Assembly: GCF_037042905.1 (NCBI RefSeq)
Contig: NC_087251.1
Coordinates: 22,756,001 to 22,820,000 of the forward strand
Source of the DNA: Lytechinus pictus
Taxonomy: Eukaryota
Direction of reading: 5' to 3'
Length of the DNA: 64,000 bases
Positions within the stretch are counted from its first letter, which is position 1; each line of letters begins with the position of its first letter. A model generated the notes under the pieces. The model was not told the origin of the DNA. It made no database searches and saw nothing but the letters and a program-made list of their open reading frames with translations. This document shows positions 41,201 through 51,948 of the stretch, piece after piece. A program made the position numbers and the translations under genes.

Positions 41201-44200
41201 AATATACAGGGATTTTGTTTTTATTTTCAATTTACATTTGTTGAATGTTGTACAGAATATACTTTTTCTTTTTTTAAGCAGAAAAATTGAAGATATTTAG
41301 AAGGAATTTTATATTTGAGTGATATTTCTCTGTGATTAATTCTGCATTGAATGCACATCACATCATTTTAATAACACAGAGAGTCTCCAAATGTGCGATT
41401 GGGCATTCATGTTTGATAGATTGCCATGGCTACAGATTCTCTTCAAGGATTGCCATATTCAAATGAAGAACTAAAAGCCTTGATTCAAAAGAATTTTCAA
41501 GAATGAAATTAAGTACCCTTCAATGCCAGACAATATGCATTTTCTTACCCTGGGGTTTCTTGTGAAGTTGGGTATTGATAGCAAGTATTACTATTGTAGA
41601 TTATGATTGAAAAATTCCTTGAATTGATCACTTATAAGTAAAAAAAAAAAAGAAGAAAATTCCTCCCAGGCATATGTCACAATGTATTGGGCCAACTTTA
41701 ACGTGTGAAAGACTGCATTACATCTTAAACAATATTATGGCACTTTCGTTGTTATATTCATTTGTTTTTATCTTATGTGATTATTTTCTATTCTAATATC
41801 ATGCTAATTTTATGACTTTTTTTCTAATTCAATCAAAACATTCCAATAATAATGAATGATAATAAAATACAGTGCATGAAAAAATTGGTTTGACCAATGT
41901 AGATTCCATGTTGACAAAGATGTTACATTTGTAATAATATTTCATCAAAAGAAGGTATCAAGGTAACCATCGTAAACATCATCAATTTTCATTTATCATT
42001 CATCGTCACGATCATCATGATCATCATCATTGTTATTAATGTCATAGTCGTCATCATCATCATCGTTATTATTGTTATTGTCATCATCATAATCAACAGG
42101 AGTACCATTACCAAAGAAACCCTTGATTTTTACTTCATTCCCATACCTGTTTTACAGGGTATCATGGAGACTCTGAAAGACATCACCAAGACCACAGAAT
42201 GGGACAACGAAGTCAGTGAAAGCAACTATGTTTCCATCCCAACCACCACCAATGCCTCAGACCACCATCCCCTCGTGGTAGACGTAGTCAGCTTGACCCT
42301 CGCCAAACGGAAAACACTCTCACCAAGTTTTATGGACAGACTCGTTGCTTTTCTTGCCATACCCTACAACATGCTGTCCCAGGGGTCTGGGTATAGCACA
42401 TACAGGAATGCCTCTAAACCAGCTGTGGTTGCAAGGTATGTACTATATAAATGTTTGTTCCGTTGGCAGGAAGTTATCCTTGTTGTTGCTCTTTAGAACT
42501 GAAAAGATAACATTGAATGCCATGTGATGGAAGTATAAATGTGATATTGCCTCCAATTTTCACTTTCTGTCTGACAGTTGAGTATGTAAGATTTACTATA
42601 AAATAATGTGTATGGATTAGATTACTAATACTACGACACTCCTTGCAAACCCCGTAGTGAAATATATTGCAAAATAGAAGGAAGTACTGTCTGTGAAAAT
42701 GCATCAGACATTGCTCTTCAGGCACAGATATTTTACCAAATAACACAATAAAGCAAAAACATCACTAATGTTAAGTTGTTCTGAAGGATAGATGCAAAAT
42801 TTGAGAACTATACCAAAGCATAATGAATGTTTGAAGTAGACAATCATCATGAAATTACAATCCATTTCATTCCAAATCAATCAAAAGCTAAAGGGTGTAT
42901 GCATAGGCCAATGTAGCAACTTCCATTGCAGTTACAAACAAAGCAGTGCAAACATTGCTCTGTTTCGTTGAGCTGCTTAAAATATATTTATAAAATAATC
43001 ACAAACAAATATAGACATACAATCAAATTTCTCACTTTATCGAGTAGCTCAATTAAGCATCTTACAAGCAAAATTTAGTTTTGCAGATATGTTGTAATTA
43101 AAAGGACACAAAATTTATATTGTTCTCGTACTCTATTTACATGCAAAAAAAGGCAGCAAGCATTATTTTGCAAGTAGTGAGATGCCAAATATATTTGGGT
43201 AGAAAATAAGTGAATAACTCTTTATTCTTAAACGTTTTACATTGTAGTGTGTTGTTAACAAATCTACAATTTTAAGAAATTATGTAACTGGCAGGAACCT
43301 CAAGTCAAACAAAAGATGCCAGATATTAAATTTTAGTTCATGACTGACACTTCAAGGACATTCTCAGCTTTAAATTACAAGTCTAATGGCATTGGAAGGT
43401 CCAGAGACATTATAGTCCCACATAATGTTTCTTTTCTTTGTTTAAAATTCAAAAGGTGCTTCAAATTTTGCAGGCTATTCAAGCACCCTGTGTAATGATG
43501 TATTGAGTGTAGATGACAAAAGGTAGATTAGTACTCAAAGGAACAAAACCTCTATGAAAGGATTATTTGACTGACCTTATATTTGACGCTGTAATGAGGC
43601 ACATCCTGTTCATAACAACTTTTAATTGAATGGTTGTTCAAAGAGAGAGAAGGGTGAATGGTTGTGAAGACAAATGTAGTCTTTAAAAGGTTAGCTGAAA
43701 GATAACTTGTAGGGTACTTCCCTCTAAATAGTTTTTTAATAGAACAAAGCATATTCTGTCAATAAACCTAACATTTCTTCAATATTATTCTTTACCTCTT
43801 GAAAGTGTTGAAGGGCAATTGCTCAGAGTTTGGTTAGCATTGACAAAAAAAATGTGCGGCATTACTCCTTTGACAACTTTTTATCTTTGTGTCAACATTA
43901 GATCTTGGAAGATGGAAGGAGACTCATCGGGTTGGATGTTCAGTCGGACAGTGTCTAAGGGCAAAGGTCACTCACTTGATGAATTATGGAGTTATACACT
44001 AGTACAGTCATCTACAGAAGGTGCATATATTGGTATAATAATTAGTATTCACATTAAAAAGATTTATATAGCATATTTTTCGGAGAAGATGAGGTGCTGT
44101 TTAAGACTTGGGCAAATTAAGATTTCTTATACTGTATATAGTATGTATGTTTCAAGTGCTTTTTGAGTAGGTCAAGTGAGGTACTGTTGCATGAAAATCG

Positions 44201-47200
44201 GAGGGTGTTTGTTCCAAGATGTGGGGAAAGAGATGTTCTATTTGTAACTTCTGAAGGTTTCCATGGCAAAGACGAATTGTCTAGTTTGGGTCAGCCCACA
44301 AAAGTAAGGTGTATTGTGAAACTACTACTCTCGGGATGTTCTTTGTTGTTGGAAGAGTGAAGACTTGCATCGAGGAAATGTGGTTGATAGAGATTATTAT
44401 TTAAGTGTGAACAATACCTAGTGATGAATTCTCTTAGAAAAAATAGTAAGTTTAATCCATCTCCTTTTCTGCTAGTGTGATTGCTTGTTTTGTTTTACTC
44501 CCAATATTCCCTCTAGATACCAATAAGAGTCTTATACATCACCTAGCCTGCACCATGCTATCAGATAAGAACGCTTCACACTCTGAGAAACCAGCCTCAA
44601 GACTATCTGCTCTCAAACAATACTTTGAGCTGAAGCATCTTAAAGTAGGCCCACTATGCCATTGCAGCCTTAAACATCTCACCAGCCACACTTTGCAATC
44701 CAAAGCCTGCATCAATGGCACCTCCAATAAATACTCTTTGAAGGAGTCACTTCCAGATAGTGTCATGCCTATATACAACGCATTGGATAGTCTGAGCAAG
44801 TCAGATAGTCAAGTGATGGAGAAACTGAGTTTGAGTTGGCCGAATGATACCAACAGGCCAAGAACTTCCAGTCTAGGTGTGTGGCAGGATAACTCTTCCA
44901 GTGATGATGCAGGGTTTTACAGCGAGAGGCAGTACAGGAGTCGTAGGCAGAGAGCCAAGAAGACTATGAGTGCCGATGTAACGGCAGGAGGCGAAGGGAG
45001 GAAGAGGAATTCCTTGGAGAAGAAGACAAGGTCATTGGATAGAACCACCAATGAGAAGGAATTAGGAGACATAGAAGACAGTGGCGTTGCAGGTAGCTAT
45101 ATCATTAAGCAGTTTTAATCATACCTGAGGCCTTTAACACAAAGCTTAATGATTGATAATTCAGTGTATTTTACAATGAATTTCACATAATAATCAGTTT
45201 AATCACTTGTAAATATCAGCGCTACATTCAAGTACTAGGCTTTCTGTTACTGGGTCTTATTCTCCCATTTGATAAAACTTAATATTGTCTGATCTATGCC
45301 CCATGGTGACTACCATGGTAACCAGGCTGAGCAGCCAATCAAGCTAAAAATTTCCATGGTAATTACAATTGTTAGCCGCACAGAACAGTAAGCCCAGTCA
45401 CATCTTTCAGATTGTGAAATCAAAACATTTATTTCATTTTGTAAGTAATGCATTGTTGTAACATTAGGCATTGCTGGCACATTACCTGTTGTAACAGGGC
45501 CTCTGTAAGCACATTGTTAGCGCTAACAACGTTTCTGTGCGGTCAGTACATGTATATAATGATAATGATACCATAATTAATGTAAATCAGTCATTAAAAT
45601 AGTATTTTGCTATCTCATATCATGCCTCAACGTTAACTGAATGATACCATATGCAATTTCATTTCTTGGTAATAGACAATATGGTTGAGTATCAAACATT
45701 AGCTGATCAAGGAGCAGAAGTGGTATTGGAGGAAAGTATCAAAGCAGCAAGAATCAATGTTAATGGTTCTGAGGATGATCAGATGCAGCAGACAGGTGGA
45801 TGGTCGTAAGTCATCAATGTCTTGTCATTTTTTTTTTGTAAAATGGTTAGCCATACGTACTGTATTTGTTTCTTTAGCATCTGCAGGTTTTGAAGACTTC
45901 AATATGGTATTGAGATCTTAAATTAGTTATATGATATTGACAAAGATGATATATTTTAAGCACATATGTTTATAATTTCAGACTTTTCTTAGCAAGAGTG
46001 AATGTGATCTTAAACTAATTAAATACGTCAAATAATATTCCTTGAATATAATGATAAATGTGCAAGATCATTTGATATTACACTCTATAAAGTTCTTTCA
46101 AATTTCACTTTGTATTTTTAAAGTGAGTGTAAATGGTCACTTTTTACATACTGTATGTTTGTACATTGTAGGCTTCAAGTTTTCTTTCATATTGCATGAT
46201 TTGGTCCTAACAGCTTTCATTGTCTTGAGAAGGATGTGGTAATACTGAAGAAACCAAAGAATGGAAAGTATTACAGGTAAAACTTCTCTTTTTTTTTCTT
46301 TAAAATTATCAATTTTTTAAATGAAGATGAAATCAAGTAAATATAATTGCCCCAAGCAAATTGAATATTAATCCTCTGTGTCAAGCATTTATTAGTATAT
46401 AAATTTCAATACATACTGTAGCAAGACTTAAGTAATGCAAGTAAGTTGACCCAAAACAGGGAGATATATGTATCTGTATGGGGATTGTTTTCCTAATCAT
46501 ATTTCTTCTATATTACATTTTTCTTGAATTCAGTAGCAATCAAAGGGGTTCTTTTTACAATTGGGGCTAAGAAAAGTGCTCCATTTATTTTTTTCACTGA
46601 TCTCTAACCAAGTTCATGAATATTATATGATTGATGATAGAGTTTTTTCTTTGCTTTCTGTTTCATCGCGTATGTTATCTTTGACTTAAAGTAAATAATG
46701 ATTGTATACCTTTCATAATTAGCTACCTTGGAAAGGGAGTGATCAAAGCATCTCCTGCTGCTGTCTTCAAAGCCATTAGAAACCCAAGGACTAGATTCAC
46801 CTATGATACAATGTTGAAGGTTGGTAGAATTATTGGATTGAGAAGGGGTTGAGTAGAGGGAGGGGCTTGGCGAGAGTGCAGGGTTGTGTTTCAAGCTGTT
46901 TATAGGTTACACATGACTTAAGACATGGTTAGTGTCCCTTTCTTGGATGCTAAATCAGATTCTCAATAATTTTTATTCCCATGAGCTTGAGTTGAAATCT
47001 TTGGATTGAGTTGAAGTATTTGGATGGTAATAAAAGTATATTTCAAAATTTTATTATGGTGATAGGAATTGCACTCTTATTATGTTAAAATGGGATAAAT
47101 ATTCAGGGATGTCATTCAGCAAAGGAAATCTTCAGTCCTGCATAAGTTTATGCAAAATTTGTAAATAGCTTTGTATCCATTCTGAAGTAGGAAAATAATA

Positions 47201-50200
47201 CGAATTTCAACCATTATTAGCTGTAAAAATAAATATACATTTCTGAAACATATCCTTATGTTAATCATTTATTATTGGTCCCCATTTGTTTTTATTTGCC
47301 AGCTAAATAGGGGGTGAATCCTTTAGAAATCAATTCCATTTGAAGGGAGATAAACATTTTTCTTTTCCAGATTTGACTGGTCTACTGATTCTGCAATTTA
47401 GTTTTGTGAATTTCACCTTCCCCGATATGGCAGTGCTTTTATTGTACTATTCTGTATGTATATGTATGCACTTCAAGACACATGCATCCAGATAATGCAG
47501 GTACTGAGTAGACATCAAGGATGAACTTTTTGTAGGTTTGCAAACTATTTTCATTTCTTTCTCCTTTTGCAGAAAATGGACATTGTAAAAACCTTCTCAG
47601 ATGATTTGTGTGTCTGTAAGTATTATTCATATCAAGATACCAGTATATAGTTTCATAGTTTCCCAATGGGGTTGAATATTTGCTGCTTTCTTTATAAATT
47701 TGCATTGAATTGGTTGTTCACTGTTCCCTTTGCAACATTTTAAAAGAGGGGTTATTATGTAGAGCTTTAAGGCCACCGCACACCTTACGACCCGACTGGT
47801 CGGCGACTGGCTTGCGACTGGGTGAGGGGAAATGAATCGCAAGGTAGTCATAAGCCTCGACACCGCACATCTTGCGATCCGATCTGCGACTCACGCATGC
47901 GCTTTTTGGCATAGCAACTGAGAAAGTGCACTTACTACTGTGTATGCGCGTTGTTTATCATATACGCGTTGTGCAACTCTACTGTCTGATTGGCTGGAAG
48001 TTGGATTGAGCTTGCGATCCAGTCATAAGGATTCGACATGTCAAATCCTTACGATTTTTCTTGCGACTTGTCTCTGACCGGTCTGCGACTCGAAGCTGAC
48101 AAGAGCTGTGACGTCACATCTCCCCTCACCCAGTCGCAAGCCAGTCGGCGACTGGTCGGGTCGTAAGGTGTGCGGTGGCCTTTAGAGGTCTTGCAAATAG
48201 TCCACTGTCTTTAGTAACATGATTTGAAATAGTGCTGAACAATGATTTATTTATAAAAATATATAATAATTTGATACATATTTTTTAAAAGAGTTTCCAG
48301 TAAGACTATGAATTATAATATCATGTAATTCATAGTGTTCCTGATATAATCTTCCAGGCATTAGATTATTTTACAAGGTTTTGGAGCCCATTGCAGATCA
48401 TGCTATCTTGTACAATACCATTTTAGGGACTGGATTGTTTGTGCACAATAGTTGTTCCATTAAAACTATTTTGTCTAAACTGGCTGGATCTGTGCCTGCA
48501 TTGACATGCATGAGTTCGTATGGTAGAGGTTTTTTGTCTCACCTGCATAGCAGAGTGAGACTATAGGCGCCGCTTTTCCGACGGCGGCGGCGGCGTCGTC
48601 AACACCAAATCTTAACCTGAGGTTAAGTTTTTGAAATGACAGCATAACTTAGAAAGTATATGGACCTAGTTCATGAAACTTGGTCATAAGGTTAATCAAG
48701 TATTACTGAACATCCTGCCTGAGTTTCATGTCACATGACCAAGGTCAAAGGTCATTTAGGGTCAATGAACTTAGACCATGTTGGGGGAATCAACATCAAA
48801 ATCTTAACCTAAGGTTAAGTTTTTGAAATGTCATCATAACTTAGAAAATATATGGACCTAGTTCATGAAACTTATACATAAGGTTAATCAAGTATCACTG
48901 AACATCCTGCATGAGTTTCACGTCACATGACCAAGGTCAAAGGTCATTTAGGGTCAATGAACTTTGGCCGAATTGGGGGTATCTGTTGAATTACCATCAT
49001 AACTTTGAAAGTTTATGGATCTGATTCATGAAACTTGGACATAATAGTAATCAAGTATTACTGAACATCCTGTGCAAGTTTCAGGTCACATGATCAAGGT
49101 CAAAGGTCATTTAGGGTCAATGAACTTTGGCCAAATTGGGGTATTTGTTGAATTACAGCCATAAATTTGAAAGTGTGTTGGTCTAGTTCATAAAACTTGG
49201 ACATAATAGTAATCAAGTATCACTGAACATCCTGTGCGAGTTTCAGGTCACATGATCAAGGTCAAAGGTCATGTAAGGTCAAAGAACTGTGGCCACGTTG
49301 GGGGTATTTGTTGAATTGCCATCATATCTCTATAAGTGTATTGGTCTAGTTCATAAAACGTGGAAATAAGAGTAACCAAGTATCACTGAACATCTTGTGC
49401 GAGTTATAGTAGTTTTCAAAATCAGCACTGCTGCTATATTGAATCGCGTGATGCAGGTGAGACGGCCAGAGGCATTCCACTTGTTTAATAGATGCACAGT
49501 CGAGCACTTTTCTTTTTTATTTAGTTCAGTACTGGGCTCCGTAGCATAAAGATTAGCGATCAATCAGCTTTAGACTCGTCTACCCTCCAGATTTCATGTA
49601 CAGGCTATTATGAATAGCTTTATACTGCCCCCCTTTCATGGATACTATAGTGTGACTGTGATGAGTGCTCAGTTTAATAGTTATATCAGAATAATCATGT
49701 ATTTATTCCTCTCTTGCAGATCACATGGTCCATGAAGTGCCTCAAATCTTGAAAAAGGAATCAAGAGATTTCTGTGTGCTACAAGTCTGTAAGACAGTGG
49801 TAAGTCTTCCCTTTTTACTGATTTTTTTTTTTAATGAAAGCAGAAGGTTAAAGAATTGTGATTTGCAGAAAGTCTCCCAAGGTCATGTATTCTATCTCTA
49901 AAAAAAGTATATATTTAAGTTATTCAGTTAAGTAGGGATCAGTTCTCTCTGTAACGGCTGATCCAATGTAAAATAGACAATGGACCGGGATGGAGGAGAG
50001 GAGGGTGTCCTAAACATTTAAACTCCTCTTTCATAGAGCCACATACACTTACAGAGACAGAGCATTTATATGTGGTCAGCCAATACTTTGAAATTTTCTC
50101 TTGTAGTGTCTACATGCCGTGACTGGCACTGAAGTTTTTAAGATCGTGCTGAAAAATGAACTTGGTTGAGTGTTTGTTCGAATGCTTTTCACTCTGTTGA

Positions 50201-51948
50201 ACATCCTCTAGGGGCCCATGACACAAAGATTTGCCTTCAATCGCAAACTTCTAACAATGATTTTGATCGGTTGATATGGTGTCTGTTGAACAAAATTACA
50301 TATCTAACTGAATATTTGATTGTCCATGATCAATCATTACTTTTGGGTTATTGATCCCAATTATGATATTGATACTGTTCTTTTTTATCCCATTGTAGGG
50401 TGAGCGTTACATTGTGGCTTGCCAATCCATTGATTGTAGAGACTGTCCAGAGGAAGGGTTGTTGGTCAGAGGTCATATATTACCCAGTGGATGGGTCATT
50501 GAACCAGTGGGAAACCAGTACTCAATGGTCACCTACTTTACTCATGTAAGTTATTATATTTCGTACTACAGTTGATTGCATAGTTAATTTCTCTTTATCT
50601 GTTTTCCCTCACATTTTTTAGAGTTCAACTTACATGTTAAAAATCAATAACATCAATATGATTTTGAAGGAGTTGTCAGGGTATTCCCCCTCTTTCAGAT
50701 GAGTTTCAAGTAATTGCATCATATTTCAGTGTACTCCAGTTTCTTTTCCATTGTTTTCTAACATTTTTATTGAAATATTATTGAAATAATCTGACAAGAT
50801 TGAAAAGAAAGGAAATGTTGAAAGTTCCCAACATTTCTTTCTGATCACTTTTAATGAAATCCATTACGGGGTACTCTCAAGAAAACATATTCAAGAAGAC
50901 CAGTATAAGGAGACAAGCTAAAGCTTTTTTAATTGAAAACAAAAATAAATAAATCTGGGGCCGTATTCTGAAAATTGTCTTAAGAGAAATATTCTTGTAT
51001 CTTTAGAGTTACAATAAAATCTGTATTCCAAAAATTCTTGTATCTTTTCTTGTAAATTTTCTTGTAACTTTCGCTGATCCCGTATGATGCCAGAGCTAGA
51101 ATTATGCGTAAAGTTAAAAACGGCGCATAAATATCCCTTTGCACAAGATAACATATCGAGATAAAAGGTATTCCGAAAATTCTCTTATCTTTGCGTTCTG
51201 TAACTTCCTTGAAAAATACAAGAAAATTTACAAGAGGTAGGGGGCTATTGTAACTTATTGTTGCATGCAATATTTGTCCGTCTGCAATAATTATTTCTTG
51301 CTGCATCCCGCAAGAACATCATGTTTTACAAAAGGAGACATTCCAAAGACCTTATAACGACACATTGGTAGACTTTTCAGCAATTAAAAATTGGTGTTTG
51401 AGACGATGAATCTTTTCAGAGAAAATATATCTTTGAGAAGAGCCACGTGTATTTTTAGTACAGAAGCGCACAAGCATAAGCGTTGGGGGGGGCAAGGAAA
51501 TTACGCCTCATATGCTATTGGTTGACCTAAGCATATAACAAGCTTAATGATTGGTTGATGATGAAATATTGGGCGTGTCAGAGATAAAATAGGGGACGTA
51601 TTTACAGAGATAAGACAATTTTCAGAATACCAATTTAAGAGAATTTTAGCGAGCTGTTATCTTGCTGATTTACAAGAAAAGTGAATACAATTTTCAGAAT
51701 ACCACCCCAGGACTTTGTTTGTCACTGTTTCAGTTTCAGTTGAAAATTCCACTTGTTTCTTCTGACTTTCAGAATTGAACTACAGATGATGATTCTTGTT
51801 TACATATTGATTCTACAACTATTTTTCCACCAACTAGGTTGCCTTGTGTGGTAAAGATGTCCCAGTCGCCTTCAATCAGTTCCTATCTGTTCGCGTGCCA
51901 CTCAGCATTGCTTACCTTCGTCTCTTCCTGGAAGCACAGCTGCCTTGA
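7955..51948 (+). CDS. Multi-exon gene: membrane-anchored tandem START-domain lipid-transfer protein (C-terminal START is STARD9-like), about 673 aa
   Basis: join(7955..8110,36934..37014,37479..37619,42158..42435,43902..44020,44517..45092,45676..45805,46214..46276,46723..46819,47573..47615,49720..49799,50399..50545,51838..51948) = 2022 nt, all GT-AG, phases compatible, no internal stop. START motifs YLGKGVI..P..V, SRDFCVL, VRGHILPSGWVIEP, VTYFTHV, PLSIAYLRLFL resemble STARD9 START as I recall it. Extra exons in the 28.8-kb intron cannot be excluded. Confidence 0.85.
9858..10346. mobile_element. PIF/Harbinger-like MITE
   Basis: AAT|AGGTGGTTTCAGACTGCCTC...GAGGCAGTTTGAAACCACCT|AAT (3-bp TSD); related copy at about 37645-38090. 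Confidence 0.75.
10903..11683. mobile_element. PIF/Harbinger-like MITE
   Basis: TTT|GGCTGCGTTTAT...ATAAACGCACCC|TTT; subterminal AATCATGATT repeats. Confidence 0.65.
14421..16038. mobile_element. TA-targeting non-autonomous DNA transposon nested in 14212-16813
   Basis: TA|TACACAACAAAAAAAGTAAGTCCCCCCT...AGGGGGGACTTACTTTTTTTGTTGTGTA|TA; ends uncertain by 2 bp. Confidence 0.85.
15522..15689. mobile_element. 168-bp G/C-tract MITE with 5-bp TSD
   Basis: CAATA|CAGGGGCCG...CGGCCCCTG|CAATA; internal poly-G and poly-C runs. Confidence 0.75.
17577..17964. mobile_element. Kolobok-like MITE, right half (same family as 3783-5716)
   Basis: Colinear with 4000-4068 plus 5401-5716; ends GGTGGACTTGTCCT|TTAA. 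Confidence 0.75.
20995..21826 (+). mobile_element. 5'-truncated LINE (L2/CR1-type ORF2 C-terminus + 3'UTR)
   Basis: YLSHSKPLFYQLKTL...HDYPTRN...GPDLWNPLPDSIK..SLHSFK is typical of the post-RT tail; ends AATAAA-TTCAAATCAAA. Confidence 0.8.
22127..23245. repeat. Tandem array of ~160-175-bp units with a terminal inverted copy
   Basis: Unit GTGACTTCT...CTTAGAGAGTT...AAGGTATATAAAATA...GAAACATGTCCTGATCATTCGTTCATTAATCTGAGATGTTT about 4x direct; 23043-23245 is the reverse complement. Confidence 0.85.
22685..22904. mobile_element. MITE inserted in the tandem array
   Basis: TIR GGGGTGTTGCAAGAAA/TTTCTTGCAACACCCC interrupts the unit at CTTAG|AG; neighbouring units show the empty site. Confidence 0.8.
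23731..24970. mobile_element. EnSpm/CMC-like non-autonomous element
   Basis: CA|CCCACTGGGCA...TGCCCAGTGGG|CA (2-bp TSD); many TTACC/GGTAA subterminal repeats. Confidence 0.75.
27820..28310. repeat. Degenerate (ATC)n/(ATT)n microsatellite
   Basis: Trinucleotide periodicity; similar tracts at 21405-21500 and 41965-42095. Confidence 0.7.
30220..30792. mobile_element. Kolobok-like palindromic MITE inserted in the right arm of the foldback
   Basis: TTAA|AGGAGAATGAAACCTTTGGAACAAG...CTTGTTCCAAAGGTTTCATTCCCCT|TTAA; the left arm (about 20105-20135) shows the empty site. Confidence 0.85.
33429..33827. mobile_element. PIF/Harbinger-like MITE
   Basis: TIR core CTGCACCATCCCAAGTTT/AAACTTGGGATGGTGCAG; flanks TAA/TAC; ATCGCG subterminal repeats. 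Confidence 0.7.
34536..35068. mobile_element. MITE (PIF/Harbinger-like)
   Basis: TIR AGGGTGTGTTCAATGTCG/CGACATTGAACACACCCT; TSD unclear. Confidence 0.7.
35518..36672 (+). mobile_element. Helentron-associated (HINE/DINE-1-like) element with internal tandem array
   Basis: Subterminal inverted repeat GTCTCGCCTGC/GCAGGCGAGAC, 5' self-complementary GCGAGAC, GGC run, five ~163-190-bp core repeats, T-rich ends, no TSD. Confidence 0.75.
36934..37014 (+). CDS. START gene coding exon 2
   Basis: Long polypyrimidine tract + TAG; ENEGLHTDDLGQPPQGLEVFQQLFSQK; GTAAAT donor; phase 0-0. Confidence 0.75.
37479..37619 (+). CDS. START gene coding exon 3 (start of first START domain)
   Basis: tttgcag| ILPIDSSTGWQLLGVQHDLRCWEKQ...SSSAM |GTAAGT; phase 0-0. 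Confidence 0.85.
37645..38090. mobile_element. Degenerate copy of the 9858-10346 MITE family
   Basis: Shares GGATTTTTCCAAGGTCGCAGGTATTTTGGCAGTGTGAAA and GACCATACTGCA; ends ATTCAGACC/GGTCTGAAT. Confidence 0.65.
42158..42435 (+). CDS. START gene coding exon 4
   Basis: ttttacag| GIMETLKDITKTTEWDNEV...PAVVA |GTATGT; phase 0-2. Confidence 0.85.
43902..44020 (+). CDS. START gene coding exon 5
   Basis: ttag| (R)SWKMEGDSSGWMFSRTV...QSSTE |GTGCAT; phase 2-1. Confidence 0.8.
44517..45092 (+). CDS. START gene coding exon 6 (end of first START, Ser-rich/basic linker)
   Basis: ctctag| (D)TNKSLIHHLAC...DSGVA |GTAGCT; lies in ORF 44477..45118; phase 1-1. Confidence 0.85.
45676..45805 (+). CDS. START gene coding exon 7
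   Basis: aatag| (D)NMVEYQTLADQGAE...QQTGGW |GTAAGT; phase 1-2. Confidence 0.85.
46214..46276 (+). CDS. START gene coding exon 8
   Basis: ctaacag| (S)FHCLEKDVVILKKPKNGKYY |GTAAAA; phase 2-2. Confidence 0.85.
46723..46819 (+). CDS. START gene coding exon 9
   Basis: ttag| (S)YLGKGVIKASPAAVFKAIRNPRTRFTYDTMLK |GTTGGT; phase 2-0. Confidence 0.9.
47573..47615 (+). CDS. START gene coding exon 10
   Basis: ttttgcag| KMDIVKTFSDDLCV |GTAAGT; phase 0-1. Confidence 0.85.
47770..48181. mobile_element. PIF/Harbinger MITE
   Basis: TTA|AGGCCACCGCACACCTTACGACCCGAC...GTCGGGTCGTAAGGTGTGCGGTGGCCT|TTA; TIR about 60 bp. Confidence 0.85.
48534..49485 (+). mobile_element. HINE-like element, second copy of the 35518 family
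   Basis: GTCTCACCTGC/GCAGGTGAGAC; same core repeats and 3' end CCAGAGGCATTCCACTTGTT. Confidence 0.75.
49720..49799 (+). CDS. START gene coding exon 11
   Basis: cttgcag| (Y)HMVHEVPQILKKESRDFCVLQVCKTV |GTAAGT; START RDF motif; phase 1-0. Confidence 0.9.
50399..50545 (+). CDS. START gene coding exon 12
   Basis: ttgtag| GERYIVACQSIDCRDCPEEGLLVRGHILPSGWVIEPVGNQYSMVTYFTH |GTAAGT. Confidence 0.9.
50955..51710. mobile_element. MITE with CWG ends (Harbinger-like)
   Basis: CTGGGGCCGTATTCTGAAAATTG...CAATTTTCAGAATACCACCCCAG; TCTTGTA/TACAAGA internal repeats. Confidence 0.7.
51838..51948 (+). CDS. START gene last coding exon
   Basis: ctag| VALCGKDVPVAFNQFLSVRVPLSIAYLRLFLEAQLP* (TGA 51946-51948). Confidence 0.9.
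   Translation, partial: VALCGKDVPVAFNQFLSVRVPLSIAYLRLFLEAQLP

Noticed and set aside
42017..42157. Poly-Ile N-terminus of the 159-aa ORF as a TM segment
   Set aside because: It is an intronic (ATC)n microsatellite upstream of the acceptor at 42157.
48358..48530. Additional START exon
   Set aside because: Exons 47573-47615 and 49720-49799 already join in frame (LCV-Y-HMV) and complete the domain.
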